Virus record (IMG/VR): IMGVR_UViG_3300005573_000072
Span: 1-64,000 of that record
Strand: one strand, 5' to 3'
DNA: 64,000 bases
From: a virus
A program made the position numbers and the translations under genes. Shown piece after piece: positions 56,560 to 64,000 of this stretch. Below the pieces are notes generated by a model, which saw nothing but the letters and a program-made list of their open reading frames with translations, had not been told where the DNA came from and ran no database searches. Position 1 is the first letter of the stretch, and the number at the start of each line of letters is the position of its first letter.

Positions 56560-57477
56560 TTAACCCCTCTTTATTTGTAAAAGATTTCTTCTCACAATCC
56601 GATGAACAATATTCTCGTTACCAACAACTCGCCTAATACAGCAATAAGCCTTGCTTGCCTTTGGTAAATCAAGTGTTTCAACAGTACCTTTATATGTAGT
56701 ATAATAAGCTTTAAATGTCTTTTTAGAGCGTCTTTGAACCATATAATAAGACACATACGAATGCCTTTCCTGCCCCGCTTTCATTAACTTTCTTTTAGAT
56801 GTACGATACTTGGGATTCTTCTCTACTATCCCTAATGGCCCTCTTTTTACAAAAAAATCTTTTGGTGTTGGACGCATATAATAATATTCTTTTCCATGGA
56901 CAGTCAATTTTGCCATTATATAATTAGAAGGAACAACTGTTCCATATTCAAGTAAACGCCAATAATGATAAGTTGTAGGATATACGCCAGCAAATATCTT
57001 TCTTCCACGAATTACAAATTTTCTAGGTTTTTCAACTCCAACCATTAACACAATATCTTTTCTTTTCAACTGTTCTGGAATATCAAGCCATCTACTATCG
57101 ACTACAATATAATGAAAATCGTTGCCTAATTCTTCAACTTCAATTTCTCGATGCGAACGTAATATTTCCCCAGGAGACCTAAACTCCTCTGCCCTAGATT
57201 TTCGTCCAATTTCGTTACCTTTAAATTCATTATGTGCCGCATCAAAATTATTAGCAATAATATCACGCATTTCAAGCGCAGCATTAGCAAAAGCTTCATT
57301 AACTATACTTTGTGCGTATGCTTTATATCTTTCAGCAACTCTGGAAGTGTAACTTACTACATATTTATTAATCACATCGCCCGCTTTTAATAAATCAGGT
57401 AAATTAAGTAAAGTAATATACGCACTTTCCTGTTGCTTCGAGCCTATTATAAATGTAGGTGCTTGCTTTACTATCAT
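56560..57477 (-). CDS. Neck/tail completion protein
   Basis: YWRLLEYGT motif; synteny. Confidence 0.55.
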   Translation of the reverse strand: MIVKQAPTFIIGSKQQESAYITLLNLPDLLKAGDVINKYVVSYTSRVAERYKAYAQSIVNEAFANAALEMRDIIANNFDAAHNEFKGNEIGRKSRAEEFRSPGEILRSHREIEVEELGNDFHYIVVDSRWLDIPEQLKRKDIVLMVGVEKPRKFVIRGRKIFAGVYPTTYHYWRLLEYGTVVPSNYIMAKLTVHGKEYYYMRPTPKDFFVKRGPLGIVEKNPKYRTSKRKLMKAGQERHSYVSYYMVQRRSKKTFKAYYTTYKGTVETLDLPKASKAYCCIRRVVGNENIVHRIVRRNLLQIKRG

Positions 57478-57902
57478 TTTTCTCTCTTCCTACAATTGAA
57501 TATAGTAAATTCATGCGTATAGATAATCGTTTTTGATATTTCTATAATATCATATTCCACATTATTAATTAATAATGTCTTTTTATTCTCCAAATATTTC
57601 CTAAAATAATATATAGATTTACTATCTACATAAACTTGAGCCAAACTCTCTTCTTTTATCCCGCCACTTTGCCAAACCCCAATTGATGTTCCATATTGAA
57701 CAATAGCTGGAATTATAACTTTCTTTAATTGACTTATTTTACCTGTCCCGCCACACACAGGGCATTGCGGGTTTGTACTTTGTCTCAAGATTGGATTGTA
57801 ATCACACGAACCACAAAATGTATCCATCGAAACGTTTATTTGCACTCTAACAGATTTTCCTAATTCTTTTATTAATTTTTTATAATCACTTGCTATACTC
57901 AT
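57474..57902 (-). CDS. Head closure-like protein with zinc finger
   Basis: CGSC...CPVCGGTG; synteny. Confidence 0.55.
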   Translation of the reverse strand: MSIASDYKKLIKELGKSVRVQINVSMDTFCGSCDYNPILRQSTNPQCPVCGGTGKISQLKKVIIPAIVQYGTSIGVWQSGGIKEESLAQVYVDSKSIYYFRKYLENKKTLLINNVEYDIIEISKTIIYTHEFTIFNCRKREK

Positions 57903-58600
57903 AGCAAATCACTTAACCAAATTCTTCCAGATTCTATGATAGCTACTTTGTCAGGAAAACTACCGGCTTCCAGCGGTTTAAACCCGCCTGATAAAATATA
58001 TGGATTAAATGAAATATTCATATTTATATAATTAATCAAACTGTTTATTTCTTGACGTAATTTATCTAAGGCAGCCAGTCTATCCCTTGTAATATTAGCT
58101 TTATTCACTGCAATATCTGCAGTTCTCCAACTATAATATTCACCAGCTTCTGCAACCATCCTATTTACTTCTAATTCATAATGAGCAAATAACAAAATCA
58201 ATTTTCTTTCAATATTTGTTGGATCAGGATTAACAACATAAGCTGGATTCTGGCCTGAAACCTCAAAAGATGAACCTATCATTATATTACAATCTAAAAC
58301 AGCATCTTTCAAATAATCTAATAAAACCCTGTCTGATACCTGATAAGTTTTGTAAAAAACGGATATTACGGTATTTTCGGCAGGAGCATCACTGAACTGT
58401 AATTTACCTGTTTCTCCATCAATATTGTAATATGTGGTTAATACCCCATCTAAATAAACTTCTCCTACTGAACTATCTATAGGAATAAATTGCAGAAAAA
58501 AACTCTTTGTTGTACCATCCCCTATAAATTCTTGATAATTTACTTCACCATAATCATTAATTCGTCTACGAAAATCAGAAAGCAAATCACCTAGTAGCAT
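57899..58600 (-). CDS. Head-tail adaptor-like protein
   Basis: RRRIND, GDGTTKSF small beta-domain insert; synteny. Confidence 0.55.
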   Translation of the reverse strand: MLLGDLLSDFRRRINDYGEVNYQEFIGDGTTKSFFLQFIPIDSSVGEVYLDGVLTTYYNIDGETGKLQFSDAPAENTVISVFYKTYQVSDRVLLDYLKDAVLDCNIMIGSSFEVSGQNPAYVVNPDPTNIERKLILLFAHYELEVNRMVAEAGEYYSWRTADIAVNKANITRDRLAALDKLRQEINSLINYINMNISFNPYILSGGFKPLEAGSFPDKVAIIESGRIWLSDLL

Positions 58601-58920
58601 TAAACACACTCCTTAACAAAAATAAAATCACGATTAATAGTTCGTTTTAAACCATTTGGGAAGGTAAGCTCAATTTCATACATATAGCAACCAGGTTTTA
58701 TTAAAGTATCACCAGAAGTTAAATATAATTTAAATTGCCCACCAGAAGGATTATATAAGTCTATTTCCTCTATATTTTCTGATGATTTTGTTAAAATTGT
58801 CCTATTTCCATCTAATATATAAAATTTAACCAATACATCAACTAAATTCAATGCCTTGCCTTCACTTGTAACTGTCACATCATATTCTTCAGTATCTCCA
58901 CATATCGCTTCAATTGGCAC
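58600..58920 (-). CDS. Ig-like virion accessory protein
   Basis: GDT...V...G.A.NL...G.F...L...DT...G.Y.YEIE pattern. Confidence 0.55.
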   Translation of the reverse strand: MPIEAICGDTEEYDVTVTSEGKALNLVDVLVKFYILDGNRTILTKSSENIEEIDLYNPSGGQFKLYLTSGDTLIKPGCYMYEIELTFPNGLKRTINRDFIFVKECV

Positions 58921-58936
58921 CTAAACCACCTCTGGC

Positions 58937-58955
58937 GGGTGGATAAAATCCACCC
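58937..58955 (-). terminator. Hairpin after the major capsid gene
   Basis: GGGTGGAT-AAA-ATCCACCC. Confidence 0.55.
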
Positions 58956-58963
58956 TTTATCTA

Positions 58964-59848
58964 TTAGAAGCTAATATTAATCACTTCAACAATGCGGTCA
59001 GAATCAAGCACACCAAATCCAACTTCTTCGTAAGCGATAACACCCACCCTAAACTTCTTAATAGCGGTCGGATCATCAAACGTCCGCAAATTCTCACGAA
59101 TCGGCATAAACCCAAGAAGTCCGGGGCGAGTATCAAAAGCAAAACACTCATCTTCCCCAAGACGATGCGAAACATTCAGGGTCGCACCCCACAGACCTTC
59201 AAGACCAGCACCCACAAAAATCTCACGCTGTGTTGTGGGATCAATCTTTGTGGCTTCCCAATCACGAATGGAAGCAAGACCCTTTGCACTCGCATATACA
59301 GCTGTGCACTTATAACCACGACGCTCCTCAAACTTCACAAAAACTGCATTCAAAATTTTCTTTGTTATTCCTGCTTCGCCCGTACCATAAAGATCAGAAG
59401 CATCTACTTGATTAGTAGCCTGAGAAGCTGCCTTTAGCACAGCCCAACCAGCTTCTTCCTCTTGGTCAACAATGGAGTCCATTAAACGTTGCTGAGCACG
59501 CTCAGCCACATTAAAACGCCCGTCACGAGCAAACTGCTCCTTATACTCAACATTGCCAGTAATCTCAAAGGTAGGAATAGTCACTTCCTCGGTTGTCACA
59601 AGGTTTATCGGATGACTACCCATCTTTGGGAGCACCCACGCATTGATATAGGGCAAGTCAATCGTATAAACAGGAACAGCCCTATCAGGAAGCTCATCAA
59701 CAGTAAAAATATTACGAACATTAACTTCAGCGGGAAGTTTCTCAAGAATTAACTGCGCCCAAGTCCTAGCGTAGGCCGCACGCTCTCTTTCGGAAGCAAT
59801 AGTTTTTCTAAAAAGCTCCTCTTTCTCCTTTCTTGTAAGTTCAGACAT
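58964..59848 (-). CDS. Major capsid protein (HK97 fold)
   Basis: 294 aa; VTIPTFEI, RFNV.ERA...I..QEE and G..AYE.VG...D; position after scaffold and decoration genes. Confidence 0.8.
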   Translation of the reverse strand: MSELTRKEKEELFRKTIASERERAAYARTWAQLILEKLPAEVNVRNIFTVDELPDRAVPVYTIDLPYINAWVLPKMGSHPINLVTTEEVTIPTFEITGNVEYKEQFARDGRFNVAERAQQRLMDSIVDQEEEAGWAVLKAASQATNQVDASDLYGTGEAGITKKILNAVFVKFEERRGYKCTAVYASAKGLASIRDWEATKIDPTTQREIFVGAGLEGLWGATLNVSHRLGEDECFAFDTRPGLLGFMPIRENLRTFDDPTAIKKFRVGVIAYEEVGFGVLDSDRIVEVINISF

Positions 59849-59876
59849 TTCAACCTCCCATCACTATATTTAAATA

Positions 59877-60314
59877 TTAAATAAGACTCTTAAAGCGAAT
59901 CACACCATTATTAGGAGCACCATCAGCAATACCAACCACTTGACCACCAGAAGTGTTGGTTAAATAACCACCACTAGCACTGTGGCAATAAAGTTTTGTT
60001 CCAGCCTGAATAGTACCAATGTACTTATCTGTCTTCAAAATGGCAGTACCCATATACACACCAACTTTGTCACCAACCTTAGCGGTACGGGAAATCAGAC
60101 CATTAATTGCACTTTGGTCACTAATTCCAGTTGTCGTTACATCCTGGGTAACAAAACCAAACGGAGTATCCGCACTGGTAGCCTTATAAAGCATACCATC
60201 ATTCCTTAAAGTAACCACCATCATTTCTTCCATAGGTTCACCAGCTGCGTAGAAAATCACTATCTCAGGCGGCTCCACAATATCTAAGAAGAGATTCGGA
60301 TTATTAACAGACAT
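59877..60314 (-). CDS. Capsid decoration/cement protein
   Basis: PFGFV.QDV...G.KV...TD.Y...G..LY...G.LT; immediately upstream of the MCP. Confidence 0.7.
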   Translation of the reverse strand: MSVNNPNLFLDIVEPPEIVIFYAAGEPMEEMMVVTLRNDGMLYKATSADTPFGFVTQDVTTTGISDQSAINGLISRTAKVGDKVGVYMGTAILKTDKYIGTIQAGTKLYCHSASGGYLTNTSGGQVVGIADGAPNNGVIRFKSLI

Positions 60315-60340
60315 CTCCTATCATAACCTCCTTTTCATTT

Positions 60341-61312
60341 TTACTTATGTATCTTTAAAAATTCTTGAACTAATTCTTCATCTACAGGCATATCTTCAAG
60401 ATTTAAACTAATCGAAGCCGAGGTTTTAACAATAATTTCACTATCTTCGGCTTCATCATCATAACGCTCGACACGGCGAGCTTTTACTTCTTCTCCAGAA
60501 GCATCAGCCTTATCAGGCTCTTCAGCTTCTTCTTCAGCCTTCGCTTCAACTGTTTCAGTTGCTTCAACTTTTTCTTCAGCTGCTTCCTCCTGTATTTCCT
60601 CACTAGCTGCAACAGATTCCTCAGTTTGCTCACCTTCCTTAGAAACATTTTCTTCGGAAGCCTCAACTTTATTAGGAAGTAAGCTAATAAGAAGATCAAA
60701 AATCTCATCTTCTAAATTAGCAATTGCTTCCATCTTTTCTTCGGGAATTTCTACACCCTTCTCAGCAAGCATGGATGCACGAGAAAACATCCTTTTTTCA
60801 TACTGAAACTGCGCCACAATTTCTTGTAATCTCTGGTTTTCAGCCTCAGCTTTCTCAATACGCTCCTTTAAACTGTTGTAATCTTCAAGCAGTTTTTCAT
60901 AATTCATCTTTATCTCTTCATAAGCCTTCGCTTCTTCCAAAGATGCTTCACCTCTTTTCTTCTTCTGACAAATCACACACTCATCGTGTTCAACTCCATA
61001 TTTATTTTTCAGAATTCGCACGATTCTATCATGAACGCGCTTAAAATCCTCCTTCGAGTAGCCTGCTGTAACACCACCCGCAGAAGGATTGTTATAATAT
61101 TTAGCGAGATACCTTAAAGCTGCTAAAGCTCGCGCTTTAGTATCACATGGAAAAGCATTATGTTCTGGATCACCTAATAACTCAGAAGGTACATCCTCCC
61201 ACCTATGTTTGTTGTAATAAGGTTCTTCTTTTTTTGCTTCCACTGTTTCTAATTCAGCCATTGCCTGCTCAAGCTGAACTTCAAAAGGTAAAGTTTCATC
61301 TATATCACGCAT
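60341..61312 (-). CDS. Capsid scaffold protein
   Basis: Coiled coil plus E/A-rich region; small N-terminal FP.D...A.AAL.Y domain; synteny. Confidence 0.65.
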   Translation of the reverse strand: MRDIDETLPFEVQLEQAMAELETVEAKKEEPYYNKHRWEDVPSELLGDPEHNAFPCDTKARALAALRYLAKYYNNPSAGGVTAGYSKEDFKRVHDRIVRILKNKYGVEHDECVICQKKKRGEASLEEAKAYEEIKMNYEKLLEDYNSLKERIEKAEAENQRLQEIVAQFQYEKRMFSRASMLAEKGVEIPEEKMEAIANLEDEIFDLLISLLPNKVEASEENVSKEGEQTEESVAASEEIQEEAAEEKVEATETVEAKAEEEAEEPDKADASGEEVKARRVERYDDEAEDSEIIVKTSASISLNLEDMPVDEELVQEFLKIHK

Positions 61313-61354
61313 CAATATCCCTCCTTTCAATGTTATATATACATTAAATATTAA

Positions 61355-62101
61355 TTAAATATTCCACAATTGCCTATGAACTCGTTCATGTTCTTTTATC
61401 AATTGCTCCTCCGAAAGAGGAGAATGTATTTCACCAGCGAAGGCTTTATGCAAATATTTATGATATTCTTCTAAATTAGAGTAAAGCGAAGCAACGCTTT
61501 TAATTATTGCACCTTTATCCGCAGGAGATGCCGTAATAGCACCACCACCAAAGATTACATTCCTTAATTCTCTCGATACAAACCTACCATCATCTAAATA
61601 AGTACCTCTTAATTCGTGCAATTCCTCAGCTTTTGCTTCACCCTTTTCATATACCTCTTCATAATCGCCAACTACCATTCTATAGGAAGAAAACCAAGCT
61701 TCCATAGAAATAAAAGCAGAATCCACATGATATTCCGGGGAATCTTTAGCCATAGCTTCATAAATAAGATTGGCATAATCTTCATATAGAAATTTCCAAA
61801 TTTTTCCTACACATTCAATATAATATAAACCATCTTCAGTCTTTTTCAATGAAGAAGAAGCAATTGTCCCAATAATAGGTTCCTTATGCTCCCAATTCAA
61901 AGGTTTATAAATAGGTGTGCGCCAAGAAGCCTTTAATTCTTCAGCCGTAAATCTATCCCCACGACTATTCACACCTTCATGACATAAGATGAATTCTAAA
62001 TTCATCAAATCAACGCTTTCGCGTGTGCTTGCAGTACTTATATCCACTAAATGGACTTTACTAAGAGGAATATCAAGGACAATTCTTTGTAAATTCTTCA
62101 T
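61355..62101 (-). CDS. Prohead protease/maturation protein
   Basis: N.RGD.F..EEL...KPLNWEH...IG...ISME...R.L....F.G......PAD pattern. Confidence 0.7.
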   Translation of the reverse strand: MKNLQRIVLDIPLSKVHLVDISTASTRESVDLMNLEFILCHEGVNSRGDRFTAEELKASWRTPIYKPLNWEHKEPIIGTIASSSLKKTEDGLYYIECVGKIWKFLYEDYANLIYEAMAKDSPEYHVDSAFISMEAWFSSYRMVVGDYEEVYEKGEAKAEELHELRGTYLDDGRFVSRELRNVIFGGGAITASPADKGAIIKSVASLYSNLEEYHKYLHKAFAGEIHSPLSEEQLIKEHERVHRQLWNI

Positions 62102-62111
62102 TTTATCCTCC

Positions 62112-62255
62112 TTATTTCTTAACCATCACATTTCCATTATTAACTTTATCCCAAAGCAAACGCTGGTTTGTAAAAATTTGCTCAGCAATTTCTTTTGCTC
62201 GCTCTTTCAATTCTTTGGTTGATGCAAGCAGGTCTTTCTTATCATCACTATTCAT
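62112..62255 (-). CDS. 47-aa hypothetical protein
   Basis: GGGGG RBS; MNSDDKKDLL...; fills the gap exactly; below the ORF-track cutoff. Confidence 0.5.
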   Translation of the reverse strand: MNSDDKKDLLASTKELKERAKEIAEQIFTNQRLLWDKVNNGNVMVKK

Positions 62256-62601
62256 CTTGACCCCCTTTCTTCTTACCCTCTGCGAAAATTAATAGTTGTA
62301 GTGTATTATTTATACCACTCAATGCTTGCAATATTAATTCCTGTGTAGCATTTAATTCACCTAATATTTTATAAATATTATCCAAATCCTTAGCTCTTAT
62401 TTGATTACTTTCAGTAATTTGCCCTGAAAAATCATTACACATTTGCAATACTCTATTATATAACTCTTTTGGTACATAATTTTTCAAATAAAATCTAACT
62501 AAGCCACCAATAAAAGTAGCTAATGCTACAATTGCTGCAATCAGTATCCCTAATAACCACTCTGTTGTAGGATTACTAGGCACATTAATATTAAACCACA
62601 T
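62248..62601 (-). CDS. Single-TM coiled-coil protein (holin-like)
   Basis: WLLGILIAAIVALATFIGGLV hydrophobic helix followed by a coiled coil. Confidence 0.5.
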   Translation of the reverse strand: MWFNINVPSNPTTEWLLGILIAAIVALATFIGGLVRFYLKNYVPKELYNRVLQMCNDFSGQITESNQIRAKDLDNIYKILGELNATQELILQALSGINNTLQLLIFAEGKKKGGQDE

Positions 62602-62620
62602 ATATTATCACCCAAACAAA

Positions 62621-64000
62621 TTATTCAGGATTCGCAGGTTCACTAATTATATCTTTTTCCAACGACTTTGGAGCAACTTCATCTGTTGGCCTCCCTAAAC
62701 CCCCTGGTTTCTGCGTCTTAGGGCGGGGTGGTTTTGGGCTTGAAGGAGGCTGTGTGGGTGGCATCCCGGAGAAAGGTGTATAAGGTACACTCCACAATTC
62801 CATTTTATCCTTATAATATTCTTTCCTGCTAATAACTGCATCAGGATCAAAACCAGCTTCTTCAAGAATTGTCTCTGGGTCAAGTAACCCTCTATCATAA
62901 AGATTTTGTAATACATTCTTAAATGTTTTATCATCTCGCAAGGCCAAGCTATTAAATTTAACTTTGGGGTAAGTCTTAAATCCTTCTATTGCAGCTATCC
63001 GGCGATATTCGCTTTCTAACCATCGTTTAACCTCGTGCCTTGCCCTTTCTAACCGCTCCACCAAGCTTACAATACTAGTCCATGCCGTAGCAAAAGCTCC
63101 TTGACCGCTTAAAAGGACAGCAGGTATACCCAAAGCATTTAAAATATCATTGTCTACTTCTTTATACTTGTCGGATGAAAGCGTTCTTGAATCAGGACTA
63201 ATAAGCTGAATATCAATCGCATGATTCCAAAGCAATTGGAAAGATTTGGATGCAGTTTGTAAGCATGAATTTAGGAGGTCAAGTTGTTGTGGTGTTGCAG
63301 GATATTCGTCATTTCCCACTTTTATAAGCATTAATGTATTTATATTGCCTTCCGCCGTAGCCAAATCCATTTCCCTCAATCTACGTTTTATCAATACTGG
63401 CTCAAAAGCGCCCACTAAAAAAGAAACAGCATACCTTTGGTATGGTTGCCGTTTTCTACTAATTCTGGAAACTTTTTCTGGATTAAGAACTAATCTTCCT
63501 TGATTCATAAGCTTCGCCTTAGCCCCAGAATTAGAGTTATCAAATATTTTACGAAATTCTTTTGGCATTTTTCTTATAAAATCGTTTCTTAACTGTTCAG
63601 GCAAAGATTCTATTTGTTTTATCTCATTGCTTATATCAACTGAAATATATTCACTATCGAAAAGCAAAGAACCTTCAACAAATGTTCGTGAAGGATTTAA
63701 AATTGTATATGGATAATAGCGTGCTCCTCTATCTGGGCCTTCTGATACTACAAGCGAATCGCCACGATAAATAAAAACATCACCAACAAGAAAATATTCT
63801 AAAAATATTCTACGAATCAACTTGTCCATATCTGTATATTTACAATGTAAATCAAAAAATTTCTTAACTTTTTGCTGCTCACAATGATTTTCAAAACCAG
63901 TCGAAGAGAAATCAACCATCATATCAACAGCAGTTCTTACAATACCTTCTTTAAAATAAATATCACGAGCTAATAATACAACTTCATGAAAATTTGAAGG
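62621..64000 (-). CDS. Portal protein (5' end outside window)
   Basis: Frame open to the window end. LNP, KVG..EYP, KY.EV..DI..ALGIP..L and YDRG; Pro-rich tail; synteny. Confidence 0.8.
   Translation of the reverse strand, partial: PSNFHEVVLLARDIYFKEGIVRTAVDMMVDFSSTGFENHCEQQKVKKFFDLHCKYTDMDKLIRRIFLEYFLVGDVFIYRGDSLVVSEGPDRGARYYPYTILNPSRTFVEGSLLFDSEYISVDISNEIKQIESLPEQLRNDFIRKMPKEFRKIFDNSNSGAKAKLMNQGRLVLNPEKVSRISRKRQPYQRYAVSFLVGAFEPVLIKRRLREMDLATAEGNINTLMLIKVGNDEYPATPQQLDLLNSCLQTASKSFQLLWNHAIDIQLISPDSRTLSSDKYKEVDNDILNALGIPAVLLSGQGAFATAWTSIVSLVERLERARHEVKRWLESEYRRIAAIEGFKTYPKVKFNSLALRDDKTFKNVLQNLYDRGLLDPETILEEAGFDPDAVISRKEYYKDKMELWSVPYTPFSGMPPTQPPSSPKPPRPKTQKPGGLGRPTDEVAPKSLEKDIISEPANPE

Noticed and set aside
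59860-61356. Shared TAATATTTAA upstream of the capsid and scaffold genes as a late promoter
   Set aside because: Only two AT-rich instances, next to or overlapping stop codons; insufficient support.
1-64000. Stop-codon reassignment, tRNA genes, integrase/att sites
   Set aside because: Genes are full-length and densely packed under the standard code with all three stops used. No cloverleaf or recombinase motifs were seen by eye.

Overview
Partial genome of a large, long-tailed (siphovirus-like) dsDNA phage. The host is probably an anaerobic bacterium, judging from class III RNR, AGGAGG ribosome-binding sites and sigma70-type promoters. From left to right: (i) 1-120 is low-complexity G/C sequence, probably an artefact. 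(ii) 161-2785 is a GC-richer + strand operon that appears to encode a ubiquitin-like conjugation toolkit (ThiF/E1-like, E2-like, JAB peptidase), with no recognisable Ubl in the window. (iii) 2840-4050 is a structured non-coding control region with convergent iteron-like repeats, a tandem pair of NrdR boxes, a G-quadruplex motif and 11 A-tracts phased at 10.5 bp. (iv) 4116-9100 holds + strand early genes with strong promoters, thyA and ruvB. It also carries an inverted copy of the polA downstream region containing an intact gene that is deleted at its original locus. (v) 9151-27250 is a - strand replication, recombination and nucleotide-metabolism block: PolA, RecA, UvsY-like, Cas4/RecB-like, beta clamp, dNMP kinase, SSB, NrdG, intein-containing NrdD, primase, DnaB and HNH. 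(vi) 27327-64000 is the - strand morphogenesis block, from portal (cut by the window end) through capsid, neck, tail tube and a 2330-aa tape measure with an M23 peptidase to four large mosaic tail/receptor-binding proteins. I saw no integrase, terminase, endolysin, tRNA, CRISPR array or reverse transcriptase. All calls come from manual motif reading and synteny; no searches were run.
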